From NCBI GenBank assembly GCA_964499705.1, contig CAZCME010000010.1, positions 86,280 through 144,773 of the forward strand: a stretch of DNA of 58,494 bases, in the 5' to 3' direction. The DNA comes from an uncultured bacterium (GTDB lineage: Bacteria > UBA8481). The notes below the pieces were generated by a model that worked only from the letters and a program-made list of their open reading frames with translations, made no database searches and was not told the origin of the DNA. The position numbers and the translations under genes are program-made. This document shows, piece by piece, positions 34,738 through 44,742 of this stretch. Position 1 is the stretch's first letter; each line of letters starts with the position of its first letter.

Positions 34738-35607
34738 CTACTCGATCTGGAGCAGCCGTTCACCCTCCAGCACCGGCCCTGTGGCTCCGTCGATCGGTTC
34801 CGTCGCGAGGGTCCAGCGCGCTCGATACTCACCGGATTCCGGAACCAGTTTCAGGGAATCCGTCACGAATCGTTCGTTTGCGCCCGGGAGCACCGGCATG
34901 CCTGCCGGCAGTCGCGCGGAGGAGACGACGGAGCCGGACGAGTCGAGCAGATTGATGACTCCGCTCGGCCGGAGATGGACATTGCCGCTGTTGGCGAACT
35001 CGAGGAAGAACCGCTTGCCTCCTCGTCCGTCATCGACGAGCCGGAGCGTGGCGAGCGAAATGGCGGGCTGAAGCGTGCCGCGGCACATGACGTAGAACGC
35101 CGTCCCGATGCGTCCCTGCACCATGCCGCCTCCTTCCTCCTGGAAGAAGACGAAGGCCATGGTTTCGCCTTCCAGTTGATCCGGGAGGAAAGCCATAAAG
35201 GAGACCTGCGTTTCGCATCCGGGCTCGATGTGAAGATTCCCGGGAGTGAATTGAAGCCAGGCGGGCGGCGGAGCATTCCGGCGGCCGCGCACATAATCGA
35301 CGTAAGGCACCGCCTGGAGCGAAATGTCGAGCGGCCGACTCGAAATATTCCGGACCGTCCATCTTCCGGAGGAGGACGTGTTCGAATCCAGGACGACCTC
35401 GTGGACGACAGGGGAGACGGAGAGCGCGGCGCGCGCCGGCGCGGACGTCAGGAGCGGCGCGAAGAGCGCGGCGGCGATGACGAAGGAGCTGTCCCGCGCG
35501 GGGGGAGCGGCGCGTCCGGGGAGAGATATTCCATGCGCCTTGATGTTCGGGCCGGACGAAATTCTACCGGGGGCGAGAACCGGCTCGGTGATGGCCGACC
35601 GGATCAT
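34738..35607 (-). CDS. Secreted two-Ig-domain chaperone-like protein (PapD/DUF916-DUF3324-like); start uncertain
   Basis: ARA|ALSVSP, TVRN.S, WLQFTPG.LHIEPG, FANSGNVHLRPSG, VLPG..RF. Confidence 0.55.
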   Translation of the reverse strand: MIRSAITEPVLAPGRISSGPNIKAHGISLPGRAAPPARDSSFVIAAALFAPLLTSAPARAALSVSPVVHEVVLDSNTSSSGRWTVRNISSRPLDISLQAVPYVDYVRGRRNAPPPAWLQFTPGNLHIEPGCETQVSFMAFLPDQLEGETMAFVFFQEEGGGMVQGRIGTAFYVMCRGTLQPAISLATLRLVDDGRGGKRFFLEFANSGNVHLRPSGVINLLDSSGSVVSSARLPAGMPVLPGANERFVTDSLKLVPESGEYRARWTLATEPIDGATGPVLEGERLLQIE

Positions 35608-35711
35608 GAGCGACGTCGAGCATTGGCGCCGGGAAAACTCCCGTTCTTCAAACAGCGAAGAACGGGAGGATCCCTCGGCCGGGTCCGCGTGCCGGGACGA
35701 ATGCGCGGACA

Positions 35712-36353
35712 TCAGAGATGCACGAGATCGAATCGGATGGTCGACTTGTAGTTATCGGGCACGATTCCGGACGTCATGGCTCCGACATACTGCACGATGG
35801 GAGAAGCCGCCGGCAACCCATTGGCCAGGTTATTGAACCCTCCGCCTGACCCGTACGTGACCGTCGTGTATCCTCCGCCCGAAGCCGTCACCCAGTCCGG
35901 ATCGCCCTTGTCCTTGTACCACGTCCACGTGTCGGCGGTGGAGGCATCGAAGGGAAGCGCGCCGGACGTATCGTCGGCAACCAGCCACTTGATGGCGGCC
36001 TTCCGGGTCGTGTCCGACCCGATAAGGGCTCCGTAGAAATTCGTCCCGTCGCTGTACCCGTTGTCCGTGTACGTCGTGATCTTGTAGTTGCTGTAATTGG
36101 ACGAATAGGCGATCTCGATGTACTGATTGGCGAGCGTATGCGCCTGCCCCGCGGTGATGGGGCCGAAGGTGACGGTGTCGGCGGCCTGGTTGTTGGAGAT
36201 GTTGCGGGCCTGCAGCGAAAGGCTCGTGCCGGCGTCGAAGACGAGCGAGGCCGGAACGCCCTTGGCCGCGTCCGTGACGTCGGAGAAAGCCGGCGACGCC
36301 AGAACGGAACAGACAACAAGGGCCGCAAGGCCCCGGACAGTGTGTGATACCAT
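35712..36353 (-). CDS. Secreted pilin/WxL-like beta-sandwich subunit
   Basis: Signal peptide; C-terminal PDNYKSTIRFDL resembles the G.Y...I.W/F.L terminal strand of WxL/CS1-type subunits; GGAGGG RBS. Confidence 0.55.
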   Translation of the reverse strand: MVSHTVRGLAALVVCSVLASPAFSDVTDAAKGVPASLVFDAGTSLSLQARNISNNQAADTVTFGPITAGQAHTLANQYIEIAYSSNYSNYKITTYTDNGYSDGTNFYGALIGSDTTRKAAIKWLVADDTSGALPFDASTADTWTWYKDKGDPDWVTASGGGYTTVTYGSGGGFNNLANGLPAASPIVQYVGAMTSGIVPDNYKSTIRFDLVHL

Positions 36354-36375
36354 GGTTAATACCCTCCCTGAGATA

Positions 36376-36480
36376 GATGTAACCGCTTACAACGCTGTAA
36401 GCACAACATGTTGTAGTATGCCTTTGAAATCGTGTCAATAGGTAAAGTGTAAGTATTTTTACGTTGTAAGCGGTTACATC
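36376..36480. promoter_or_regulatory. Perfect 19-bp inverted repeats (36376-36394, 36462-36480) enclosing a minus-strand TTGACA
   Basis: gatgtaaccgcttacaacg / cgttgtaagcggttacatc; each arm contains a LacI/cre-like TGTAAGCGGTTACA. Confidence 0.7.
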
Positions 36481-36501
36481 AATTGAGACGTGGAAAACAC
36501 A

Positions 36502-36543
36502 AATCCCGAATCCCGAATCCCGAATCCCGAATCCCAAATCCCG
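36502..36543. repeat. Heptamer tandem repeat (AATCCCG)x6, one unit imperfect
   Basis: Read directly from the sequence. Confidence 0.9.
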
Positions 36544-36659
36544 ACGATACTGTGAATCCGGAATCCTGAAATATTTCCGCGGGGGGCAACATTGAGATCT
36601 GGGCTTTCGCCAGGGATTACGGATTTAGGATTTCCGGACTGCTGGTCCGGGCGCGGCAG

Positions 36660-37538
36660 TTATCCGCGCTCCACCCGGTTCCGGCCTTTTCTCTTGGCTT
36701 CATAAAGCGCCTTGTCGGCCTGCTCGATGAGGTGCTCGGAGGAGCCGGAGGCGACGCCGACGGAGGTTGTTATGCGGGGCTTGTCGGGGCCGAGCTCGAG
36801 CGCTTCCACGGCGGCGCGTATGCGTTCCGCCACCTGCAGGCCGTCGGTGATGTCGGACTTGTGGAGAATGGCGATGAACTCCTCGCCGCCGTAGCGGGCC
36901 AGGATGTCGATCGAGCGGACGTTGGCCTTCAGGATGGCCGCGACGGCCGCGATCACGATGTCGCCCACCGCGTGGCCGTACGTATCGTTCACGGACTTGA
37001 ACTTGTCGATGTCGATCATGAGGCAGGAAACTTCGAAGTGATCCCGCATCGCCCGCTGAAGTTCTTCCGCGTAGACCTTGTCGAAGTATCGGCGGTTCGA
37101 CACGCCCGTCAGGGGATCCGTGATCGCCAGGATCTCGAACGTTTCCGCGCGCCGCGCTTCCGCCTCCCGCGCCTGCTTCTCCCGCATCGTCGCCTTGATC
37201 CGGGCCAGGAGTTCGGCGGTGGAGAAGGGCTTCGACACGTAGTCGCGCGCTCCGGCGTCGAATCCCGCCAGACGGTCCTCCGTATCGCTCTGCGCCGTCA
37301 GGAAGATGATCGGGATATCCGCGTGCTCCGCCGTGATTCTCCGGCAGGCTTCCCAGCCGTCCATCTCCGGCATGTTCACATCCAGCAGGATGACATCCGG
37401 CAGCAGGGAACCGACCTGCGGGATCGCTTCCACCGCGGAAGGAAAGGCCGTCACTTCGTAGCCGGCGGCCACCAGCCTTTTCTCCAGGAGTCGGCGGATA
37501 TCCGCCTCGTCATCCACCACCATGATCCTGCCGCTCAT
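36660..37538 (-). CDS. Response-regulator diguanylate cyclase (REC-GGDEF)
   Basis: MVVDDE, LLDVNMP, DPLTG, DIDKFK.VND..GH, RSID I-site, YGGEEF. Confidence 0.93.
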   Translation of the reverse strand: MSGRIMVVDDEADIRRLLEKRLVAAGYEVTAFPSAVEAIPQVGSLLPDVILLDVNMPEMDGWEACRRITAEHADIPIIFLTAQSDTEDRLAGFDAGARDYVSKPFSTAELLARIKATMREKQAREAEARRAETFEILAITDPLTGVSNRRYFDKVYAEELQRAMRDHFEVSCLMIDIDKFKSVNDTYGHAVGDIVIAAVAAILKANVRSIDILARYGGEEFIAILHKSDITDGLQVAERIRAAVEALELGPDKPRITTSVGVASGSSEHLIEQADKALYEAKRKGRNRVERG

Positions 37539-37909
37539 AGGAATGTCCTGATGGTATCGACGAGCGCGGCCGGACGGAAGGGTTTTGTCACGAACGCCGA
37601 GCATCCCGCGGCGATCGCCCGAGCGCGATCCTCTTCCATCGCATGCGCCGTCAGGGCGATGACGGGAACGTCCTTCAGTTCCGCGTCCGCCCTGATGATG
37701 CCGACCGCGGTCCAGCCGTCCATGCCGGGCAACGACATGTCCATCAGGACGACCGCCGGCTTGTATGTCCTCATCAGGTCGATGCCTTCCGGAGCCGTCG
37801 CGATCACCCGGCATTCGAAGCCCGATTTCGTGAGGACTTTCTCCACGAGTCGCGAGTTCTCCGGATTGTCCTCCACCACGAGGATCCGCGGCAACGCTTC
37901 TGCCGTCAT
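37535..37909 (-). CDS. Single-domain response regulator (DivK/CheY-like)
   Basis: [27 protein letters not shown]. Confidence 0.9.
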   Translation of the reverse strand: MTAEALPRILVVEDNPENSRLVEKVLTKSGFECRVIATAPEGIDLMRTYKPAVVLMDMSLPGMDGWTAVGIIRADAELKDVPVIALTAHAMEEDRARAIAAGCSAFVTKPFRPAALVDTIRTFL

Positions 37910-39840
37910 GACGACCTTCCGGTCAGCTTGCGCGCCAGGCCGATCAGCTCATTCCGTGAGATCGGCTTGATGGCGTGGTAGTCCGCTCCGCCACTGTCGG
38001 AGCCGAGGTCGTCATCGGAGACCGTGACGTAGGCCGTGCGGATATGCGCGAGGTGGGGTGTCTTGCGGATGAGCTCCAGCAGGTCGCGGCCCGAACCGTC
38101 GGGAAGGTTGATGTCGAGCATCGCGGCGTTGATCCTGCATTGGTCGCTCTCCCGCGAACCGGTCCGCGCCAGGATCGTCCTGGCCGCTTCCACGCTCGTC
38201 GCCGTGATCACGTCGATTCGCTCCTTCTCGAAATGCCTCCGGTAGAGCGCCAGCGTGTCCTCGTCGTCCTCCACGATCAGGAGAACCGGCGCGGAATCGC
38301 CCGCTCCCCGCATGCGCGGCTTTACGATCGGGAGCCTGATGGAAAATGCCGAGCCCTTCCCGAGCTCGCTCTCCACGGAGATCGATCCCTTCATCAACTC
38401 CACGAAGCGCTTCGCGATCGCCAGCCCCAGCCCGGTGCCGCCGTGCTTGCGGGTGGAGGCTCCGTCGACCTGGTGAAACTCGTCGAAGACGGCGCCGAGC
38501 TCCGATTTCGGAATTCCGATTCCCGAGTCCGTCACCGTCACGATGCCTTCCGTCTCCGACCGCGTCACGCGGATTGTGATGCCGCCGGATTCCGTGAACT
38601 TCACGGCGTTGGAGACGAGATTCATGATGATCTGCCGGAGCCTGTCGCGGTCGGCGCGGATCATGAACTCCTCGTCGGGAAATTCCATGGTGCAGGAGAG
38701 ATTCTTGTTCTTGACGAGCGGCTCCACCGTCGTCACGACCTCCCTCACGATTCCGCGCAGCGTGACATCCGCGATCTCCACCTTCATATGCCCCGCCTCG
38801 ATCTTGGAGAGATCGAGGATCTCGTTGATGAGCTTCAGGAGGTGCTCCGATGACCGCAGGACCGCCTGGACGTCCTCGCGCTGCTCCGGGTTCAAATCGC
38901 CGTCGAGCCCGTCGAGGAGCACTTCCGAGTATCCGATGATCGAGTTCATGGGCGTCCGGAGCTCGTGGCTCATGTTGGCGAGAAACTGCGATTTCATGAG
39001 CGAGGCCTTCTGGAGCTGCTCGTTCTTGGCGGCGATCTCCAGGAGGCGCGCCTTTTCCTTCACGGCTTCCTCCTCCACGGTCCGGATCATGCTGTTGTAC
39101 GAAGTGGCGAGCTTGCCGAGCTCGTCGGAGGACGTGACGGGCGCTCGCACGCCGGATTCGCCCTGCGCGAACTTCTCCGTGACATCGCGCAGGTTCTCGA
39201 TCGGGAGAAGAAGCATGCTGCGGATGAAGAAATAGGCGAGGATCGCGAGCATCATGCCGGCGAGAAGGACCAGGATATTGATCCGGTTGATGAGATCGAT
39301 CTTGTCGTTGATCGATCCCTCGATCGTCTCGATCAGCCGGTCGCTGCGGTCGATCAGTTCCGACGACGCATCGTCCACTTCAAAGTTCCGCACGGCCGTA
39401 TCGCCGGCCAGGATGCGGTCGAAGACGGGCCGCTGCTGCTCCCATTCGCCCCGCAACGCTCCGATCGATTCGTGGATCCTCTCCTCCTCCAGCTTCCGCT
39501 TGAACAGGAGGCTCATGATCTCGTCCGAATACGGCAGGCTAGCCGTGGCGATCTTGGCGTTCTCCAGTTTTCCGAGCTGGATCTCGAAGGCGTAGATCTG
39601 CGCCTGCATCGTGGAGAGGCCTTCCTCTTCGCCGTAAAGCGCGGATATCGCGGCGCGGGCGATGCCCTGGGGGAGCATGCGGAGGATGCCGACGTGGTTG
39701 AGAATGCCGGCGTCGCCTCCGTTCATGGCCGCGAGAACGCCCGTGACCGTCTGACCGGTCAGAAGAAGCGCGGACCAGGAGAAGATGAGAAGGACGACCT
39801 TGGCGCGGATGGATTGCGCGATGGGGCGGAAAATCTTCAT
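37906..39840 (-). CDS. Membrane hybrid histidine kinase (2 TM, HAMP, HisKA, HATPase, REC)
   Basis: [35 protein letters not shown]-terminal receiver; start re-called to 39840. Confidence 0.92.
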   Translation of the reverse strand: MKIFRPIAQSIRAKVVLLIFSWSALLLTGQTVTGVLAAMNGGDAGILNHVGILRMLPQGIARAAISALYGEEEGLSTMQAQIYAFEIQLGKLENAKIATASLPYSDEIMSLLFKRKLEEERIHESIGALRGEWEQQRPVFDRILAGDTAVRNFEVDDASSELIDRSDRLIETIEGSINDKIDLINRINILVLLAGMMLAILAYFFIRSMLLLPIENLRDVTEKFAQGESGVRAPVTSSDELGKLATSYNSMIRTVEEEAVKEKARLLEIAAKNEQLQKASLMKSQFLANMSHELRTPMNSIIGYSEVLLDGLDGDLNPEQREDVQAVLRSSEHLLKLINEILDLSKIEAGHMKVEIADVTLRGIVREVVTTVEPLVKNKNLSCTMEFPDEEFMIRADRDRLRQIIMNLVSNAVKFTESGGITIRVTRSETEGIVTVTDSGIGIPKSELGAVFDEFHQVDGASTRKHGGTGLGLAIAKRFVELMKGSISVESELGKGSAFSIRLPIVKPRMRGAGDSAPVLLIVEDDEDTLALYRRHFEKERIDVITATSVEAARTILARTGSRESDQCRINAAMLDINLPDGSGRDLLELIRKTPHLAHIRTAYVTVSDDDLGSDSGGADYHAIKPISRNELIGLARKLTGRSS

Positions 39841-40082
39841 GGCGGGAGTATATTTGAACGGGCGTGAAGCAACAACGGGAGCGCAATGGGTTGTAGATCG
39901 CCTGGAAATCCCAAATCCTATGGAAGGCCGCCCGATTTTGACGGGACTCATTGACAATCACATAAATAAAAGGCTTGCCTGCGGCTTCCGTCACATATTC
40001 GGCGATTGTGGAAATGATACCTTGCCCTGTGCCTGTCGATTTGTCGTCGGCGAGCCGGAGTTCAGAGCGAGGGAGACCAAAC

Positions 40083-42623
40083 ATGACTCAGCACCGATGG
40101 TCCTGGATCATTTTATCGACGGTCATTTGTCTGGTCGTTGCGCCGTATGCGGCCGCGGAGCCGACCAATGTCCGGATGCAGAACGTCATCAGGAATTTCG
40201 TGACGACGAGCGGACAGGAGGTCATCGGTCTGGGGTCATGGATCTCGGGACGGAAATACGCGGATGTACTGACCGGCGGCGCTTCGGATCATGATCTCCG
40301 GCTTCTCTCGAAGGGATCGAGCCCCGCGGAACTCCAGCGCGAGTGGATGCGCGCGCGCGCGACGTTGACCGACCTCGTGAAGAAGGAATTCGGCAAGGAC
40401 GCGGACAAGGTATTGAAGAGCATCAACCTGTATCCGCCTTCGCAGCTGATGAGCGGCGTCGAGGATGCGGCGGACGCTCTGTCGCGCTTCAAGAGGATCG
40501 GCAATGTTCCCAATCTCGGTTTCACCGGAGCCGTCGCCGACGCGCCTGCCCAGTTCGCCGAAGGGCTCTACGGGCAGGGGTCCAAGGTCTGGACGCAAGG
40601 ATACGAGCAGACCGCGGGGCGGCTCTTCTACACGCGGGACGGCAAGGTTTTCATGGGATTCACGGACCTGACGCACATGTCGGAGGGCATCGCGAAATAC
40701 GATGTGCCCGGGATGTGCAACACCGCGAACCAGTGGGCCGACCACATCATCGAGGAAATGCACGAGGGGCGGGGAGACAAGGTTGCGAAGTATCTCGAAC
40801 GGCTCGACCGCGACCTGGCGAAGGCGAAAAGCCTGGCGAAGGTGGATCTCGATCCCGCGTGGCGCGCGCAGGTGAAGAGGCTCGCGGAGACGCTCAAGAA
40901 GAATCCGGAGAAGGCCGGCGAGCTGCGCGAGGAGATCGGCGCGATCCTGGCGAGGAGCCGTGGCGAAGCGTCGGTGCTGAACCAGATGACGAAGGCGACG
41001 AGCGCGGAGCGGAAGGTCCTGCAGCAGGCGCTGAAGGAACTGCGGGGCGGCGGACGGTTTTCGAAGATCCTCGGCAAGGCCGGGGAGGTCGTCACGCTCG
41101 ACCGGGTGATGACCGCCATCACCCTGATTCTCCATGTCCGCCAGACCGCGAAATACGCGGGAGAGGAGGAATACCATCAGGCGGTTTCCACGGCGTTCGC
41201 GGCGGCGGTCGGCATGGCATCGTTTCCCGTCGGCCTCGTCGCGGACATGACGAACTGGGTCATCGAGTCGGCGAAGACGTCCGGGTACGATTTCGCGGCC
41301 TCCACTCAGGAAGCGTGGGACCTGATGGCGGGAATCTACACCGCGGTCGGCCGCACGGATGTGGACGAGCACGGTTATACATTGGAAGACCTGGTCGCGA
41401 AGATCGACGAGGAGGAAAAACTGCGGGCGGTGGTGTACGCGAAGGCGATGCTGGCGGCGAGCCGGGACGCGGGAGAAGTGACTGGCGCGACCGACCGGAA
41501 GGTCGGGGAAGCGATCTTCAACCGTTGCTTCCCCATCATCCTGGAAGCGTGGCGCGCGCGCCGGGAGGAACTTGCGATCGAATACACGACGATCATGGAC
41601 GAGCTCGAACACGCGCCGGTGCTGCTTGAATACACCCCCAGCCCTGCCAGCGTGAAGCCGAAGGAAAAGGTGACGGTGACCGTCTCCGCGGAGCTCGCGC
41701 ACCCGAATTTCATGGACCGGCTGGCGCGCGCGAAGGCGATCCTTGTCATCCTGCACAAGAACGGCGCGTTCGCCGACGTGGAGTGGAAATGGGCGAAGGG
41801 TCGCGAGGGGGCGGACAAGACGCGGCGCATATTCGATTACGAAACAGCCGGTGTATTCCCCGTCACCGTGACGGTGAAGGTGAACGCCGGCGCGGCGAAC
41901 GCGAAGGTCGGCGAGGTGATGGCGCGGAAGTTCGAGTTGAAATCCGGCATCGATGTGCGGATCGACGAGGCGCAGCTGGAGTTCAACGCGAAATACCTGC
42001 ACTTTAACATTCTCCTGCAGGCTCCAAGCGTCGTAGCGGCGAGCGACCCGTACAGCAGGAACTGGGCAGAGGAGGTGAGCGGAGCCTCCACAGCCGGCAT
42101 GCAGCTGATCGCGGATGATGTGCCGTTCGTGCTGACAGGAAACACCTTCACGGCGGATTTTCTCGACAAGGGCGATTTCGGCGCGGCGAATCCGACACGG
42201 GTGCATGTCGAGGGTGTCTTCAACGACGCAAGGAGCATGGTCGAAAAACTGACCGTGACGTGGGCCGCGGAGAGAAACGATCCAAAGAAGCAGGAGGTGG
42301 AGAAATGGAGCTTCACCGCGCGGGGGATAGCGTTGGCGCGTCATTCGACCAGCGGGCGACGCGGCGAATTCTTCGAATTCGACGTGGATGCGGATGCGCC
42401 CGCGGACAGGCCCGCGGGCTTTCAACTCGTCGCGGCGGATTTTCTCAAGACCAGCGTTTCGCATCACATTCACTGCGAGGAGGACTGCACGGTGGAGATT
42501 CCCTACCAGGTCACCTGGCGGGAGGACGGATTTCAATCCGCCGCGGCTGAAGTGAGCATCAACTTCACCTTCAAGGAGAAGCCGGATAAGAATCCCCCGA
42601 TTCCGCCGGACGTGCCGCGGTAA
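40083..42623 (+). CDS. Large secreted hypothetical protein with a possible N-terminal nucleotidyltransferase-like motif
   Basis: Signal peptide MTQHRW...PYAAA; IGLGS...SDHDLRL; helical middle with hydrophobic segments; beta-rich C-terminus. Confidence 0.6.
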   Translation: MTQHRWSWIILSTVICLVVAPYAAAEPTNVRMQNVIRNFVTTSGQEVIGLGSWISGRKYADVLTGGASDHDLRLLSKGSSPAELQREWMRARATLTDLVKKEFGKDADKVLKSINLYPPSQLMSGVEDAADALSRFKRIGNVPNLGFTGAVADAPAQFAEGLYGQGSKVWTQGYEQTAGRLFYTRDGKVFMGFTDLTHMSEGIAKYDVPGMCNTANQWADHIIEEMHEGRGDKVAKYLERLDRDLAKAKSLAKVDLDPAWRAQVKRLAETLKKNPEKAGELREEIGAILARSRGEASVLNQMTKATSAERKVLQQALKELRGGGRFSKILGKAGEVVTLDRVMTAITLILHVRQTAKYAGEEEYHQAVSTAFAAAVGMASFPVGLVADMTNWVIESAKTSGYDFAASTQEAWDLMAGIYTAVGRTDVDEHGYTLEDLVAKIDEEEKLRAVVYAKAMLAASRDAGEVTGATDRKVGEAIFNRCFPIILEAWRARREELAIEYTTIMDELEHAPVLLEYTPSPASVKPKEKVTVTVSAELAHPNFMDRLARAKAILVILHKNGAFADVEWKWAKGREGADKTRRIFDYETAGVFPVTVTVKVNAGAANAKVGEVMARKFELKSGIDVRIDEAQLEFNAKYLHFNILLQAPSVVAASDPYSRNWAEEVSGASTAGMQLIADDVPFVLTGNTFTADFLDKGDFGAANPTRVHVEGVFNDARSMVEKLTVTWAAERNDPKKQEVEKWSFTARGIALARHSTSGRRGEFFEFDVDADAPADRPAGFQLVAADFLKTSVSHHIHCEEDCTVEIPYQVTWREDGFQSAAAEVSINFTFKEKPDKNPPIPPDVPR

Positions 42624-42729
42624 TCATCGATCACGGCACGGTCCGCGCCATTCCTCTGCTCTCGTCGAGGCCGCAAGTTGAAGATCAAGGTCCTGAGCGC
42701 GTGAGACGGAAGTTCCCCATAAAAATATG

Positions 42730-42845
42730 AACAGGATGAACAGGATAGGCAGGATCGATTGAGTGTGGAATTGAAGGTGATGCAGTCCTGTTATCGGGAG
42801 TGGTTTTCATTCCTCCCAAATCCTGCCCATCCTGCCCATCCTGTT
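42730..42845. repeat. Inverted pair of 9-bp tandem repeats ((A/G)(A/G)CAGGAT x3 ... ATCCTG x3), REP-like hairpin
   Basis: aacaggatg aacaggata ggcaggat ... atcctgccc atcctgccc atcctgtt. Confidence 0.7.
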
Positions 42846-42927
42846 ATTTATCCGTCACCGGATGGGGAACTTCTTGCGCGTGAGATTCCGGAATTGTGAA
42901 TTCATGGAATTGCGATAGGATGGCATC

Positions 42928-43428
42928 ATGAATACCGGGGAGGACTTGCGCGTTCCGAAGATCGCGGTGAACGTCAGCGTCGAACTGCACAACCGCGAGG
43001 TCTGGGAGGGGAGACTCTTCCTGACGACGATCTCGGAACGGCATCACGGCCCGGAGCAGGTGATGGATCTCCTGCAGCAGCGCGAACTCTACCTGCCGAT
43101 CCAGCTGAAGGACGGCCCGTTCCGGATGATCCAGAAGGCGACGATCGTCCGGTTGAAGGTCGACCGCAAGCTCGGGCTCGCGGAACTCGATCCCGCGGGC
43201 ATTCTCGAAACCGCGTCGATCCTGCATCGCGTGAAGATCCGGCTCGTCACCGGCGAAGATCTCCTTGGCGATTTCCCGATCTGGCCCGATCAGTCGCGCG
43301 ACATGCGCCTTCTGGACTGGATCAACGCTCAACCGGGATTCCTGCCGCTCTTGCAGCCCGACGCGGTGGTCTACATTGCGCATGCCTCCGTCGCGTGGCT
43401 GGAGGAAGAGGAAACGAAGAGCGTCTAG
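42928..43428 (+). CDS. Hypothetical protein with two similar small beta domains
   Basis: Internal duplication V.V.L...E...G...; ...D.L......LP. Confidence 0.6.
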   Translation: MNTGEDLRVPKIAVNVSVELHNREVWEGRLFLTTISERHHGPEQVMDLLQQRELYLPIQLKDGPFRMIQKATIVRLKVDRKLGLAELDPAGILETASILHRVKIRLVTGEDLLGDFPIWPDQSRDMRLLDWINAQPGFLPLLQPDAVVYIAHASVAWLEEEETKSV

Positions 43429-43447
43429 ACGCGTGGCGCCTGAGCGC

Positions 43448-44668
43448 TCACATCTTCGACGCGGCGGTGACGAACTCGTCGCCCCAGACGATCGAGCGCA
43501 CGTACATGTTCGCGAGCTTGTCTTCCTCGATGCTGAATTCCTCGCTGATCTGGAGGAAATTCTTCCAGTCGCCTTCCTCGTAGGCGAGGACGCAGTCGAG
43601 CCGGCGTCGGATATCGTTCTCCCTGCCCCGCAGTGCATCCTTGATCTGGTCGTCGATGGGAAGCTCGTTGAGAATATCGTCGATCTTCCTGCCCAGGAGC
43701 GCCTCCATGACGGAGAACATGCCGGTGAGGAAGCATTCCGGCTGGCGCTGGCGCAGCCCGCTCTCGGCGGCCAGGTCCTCGCAGAACTTCGCGCGGCTCG
43801 CTGCCTGGACAAAGAGCTCCTCCGGATTTTCGCTCGTCATCTCCATCATGGCCAGAAGCGTCAGCCATTTCTTTATTTCCTTTTCCCCCAGGAGCGTCAA
43901 CGCCTGGCGTATGGAGGAGACGGAATTCTTGAGGCCGAAATACGCGGAGTTGATATATCGGAGAAGCTTCAAAGAAATGCCGACGTCGCGGCGCAGGATG
44001 TCTTCGAGCTTTGCGTAGTCGAGATTCGGCTGGTGGATCGCGGCGACGAGCTCCATGTAATTGACCTGGATGCCCTTGATCTCCCGGCTGGTGACAATGG
44101 AAGGCTTGCTGAAGAAATACCCCTGGAAGAGCGAATACCCCCGCTTCTTCGCCGATTCGAACTCCTCGCGCGTTTCGACTTTTTCCGCCAGGAGCTTGAC
44201 CCTCCGCCTGTATTTTCGCTCCATGGACGCCCTCTGCTGCGCGTCGCTCTGCATGAAATCGACCTTGATGATGTCGGCCAGCGCGACGAGTTCCTCCATC
44301 CCGTCCCTGTCGACGAAATCGTCGAGCGCGATGACGAAGCCCTGTTCCTTCAGCGCACGGATCGCGGCCACAACCTCCCGGTCCGGGTCCACGGTCTCCA
44401 GGACCTCGATGATGACCCGGTCCGGAGGAAGAACGTTCAGGTCTCCGCTCAGGAGCGTCTCCCGGGGCGCGTTGATGAAGGCGCGCTTGCCGTTCGTCAG
44501 GTTATCGAGCCCCATGACGAGGAGACTGTTGAGGATGACGCGGCGCGTGGCGTTGGAACCGTTTTCCGTCGAGTGGGCCGCGTTATTCTCGTGGCGGAAG
44601 AGGAGCTCGTATGCCCAGACCGTCTCGTCCGGATTGAATACAGGCTGTCGGGCTACGAAACGTTCCAT
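43448..44668 (-). CDS. EAL-HDOD domain protein (YuxH/PdeH-like c-di-GMP phosphodiesterase family)
   Basis: ARQPVF, YELLFR, IALDDF, IKVDF, AEKVET, FQGYFF, LLRYINSAYFG. Confidence 0.88.
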   Translation of the reverse strand: MERFVARQPVFNPDETVWAYELLFRHENNAAHSTENGSNATRRVILNSLLVMGLDNLTNGKRAFINAPRETLLSGDLNVLPPDRVIIEVLETVDPDREVVAAIRALKEQGFVIALDDFVDRDGMEELVALADIIKVDFMQSDAQQRASMERKYRRRVKLLAEKVETREEFESAKKRGYSLFQGYFFSKPSIVTSREIKGIQVNYMELVAAIHQPNLDYAKLEDILRRDVGISLKLLRYINSAYFGLKNSVSSIRQALTLLGEKEIKKWLTLLAMMEMTSENPEELFVQAASRAKFCEDLAAESGLRQRQPECFLTGMFSVMEALLGRKIDDILNELPIDDQIKDALRGRENDIRRRLDCVLAYEEGDWKNFLQISEEFSIEEDKLANMYVRSIVWGDEFVTAASKM

Positions 44669-44742
44669 GGAAAGCGAATCATCCCCTGCATGAAACTATA
44701 TTGCAATCGTTTCCGACGAATTCGGTTCGGAGATCGGGAAAT

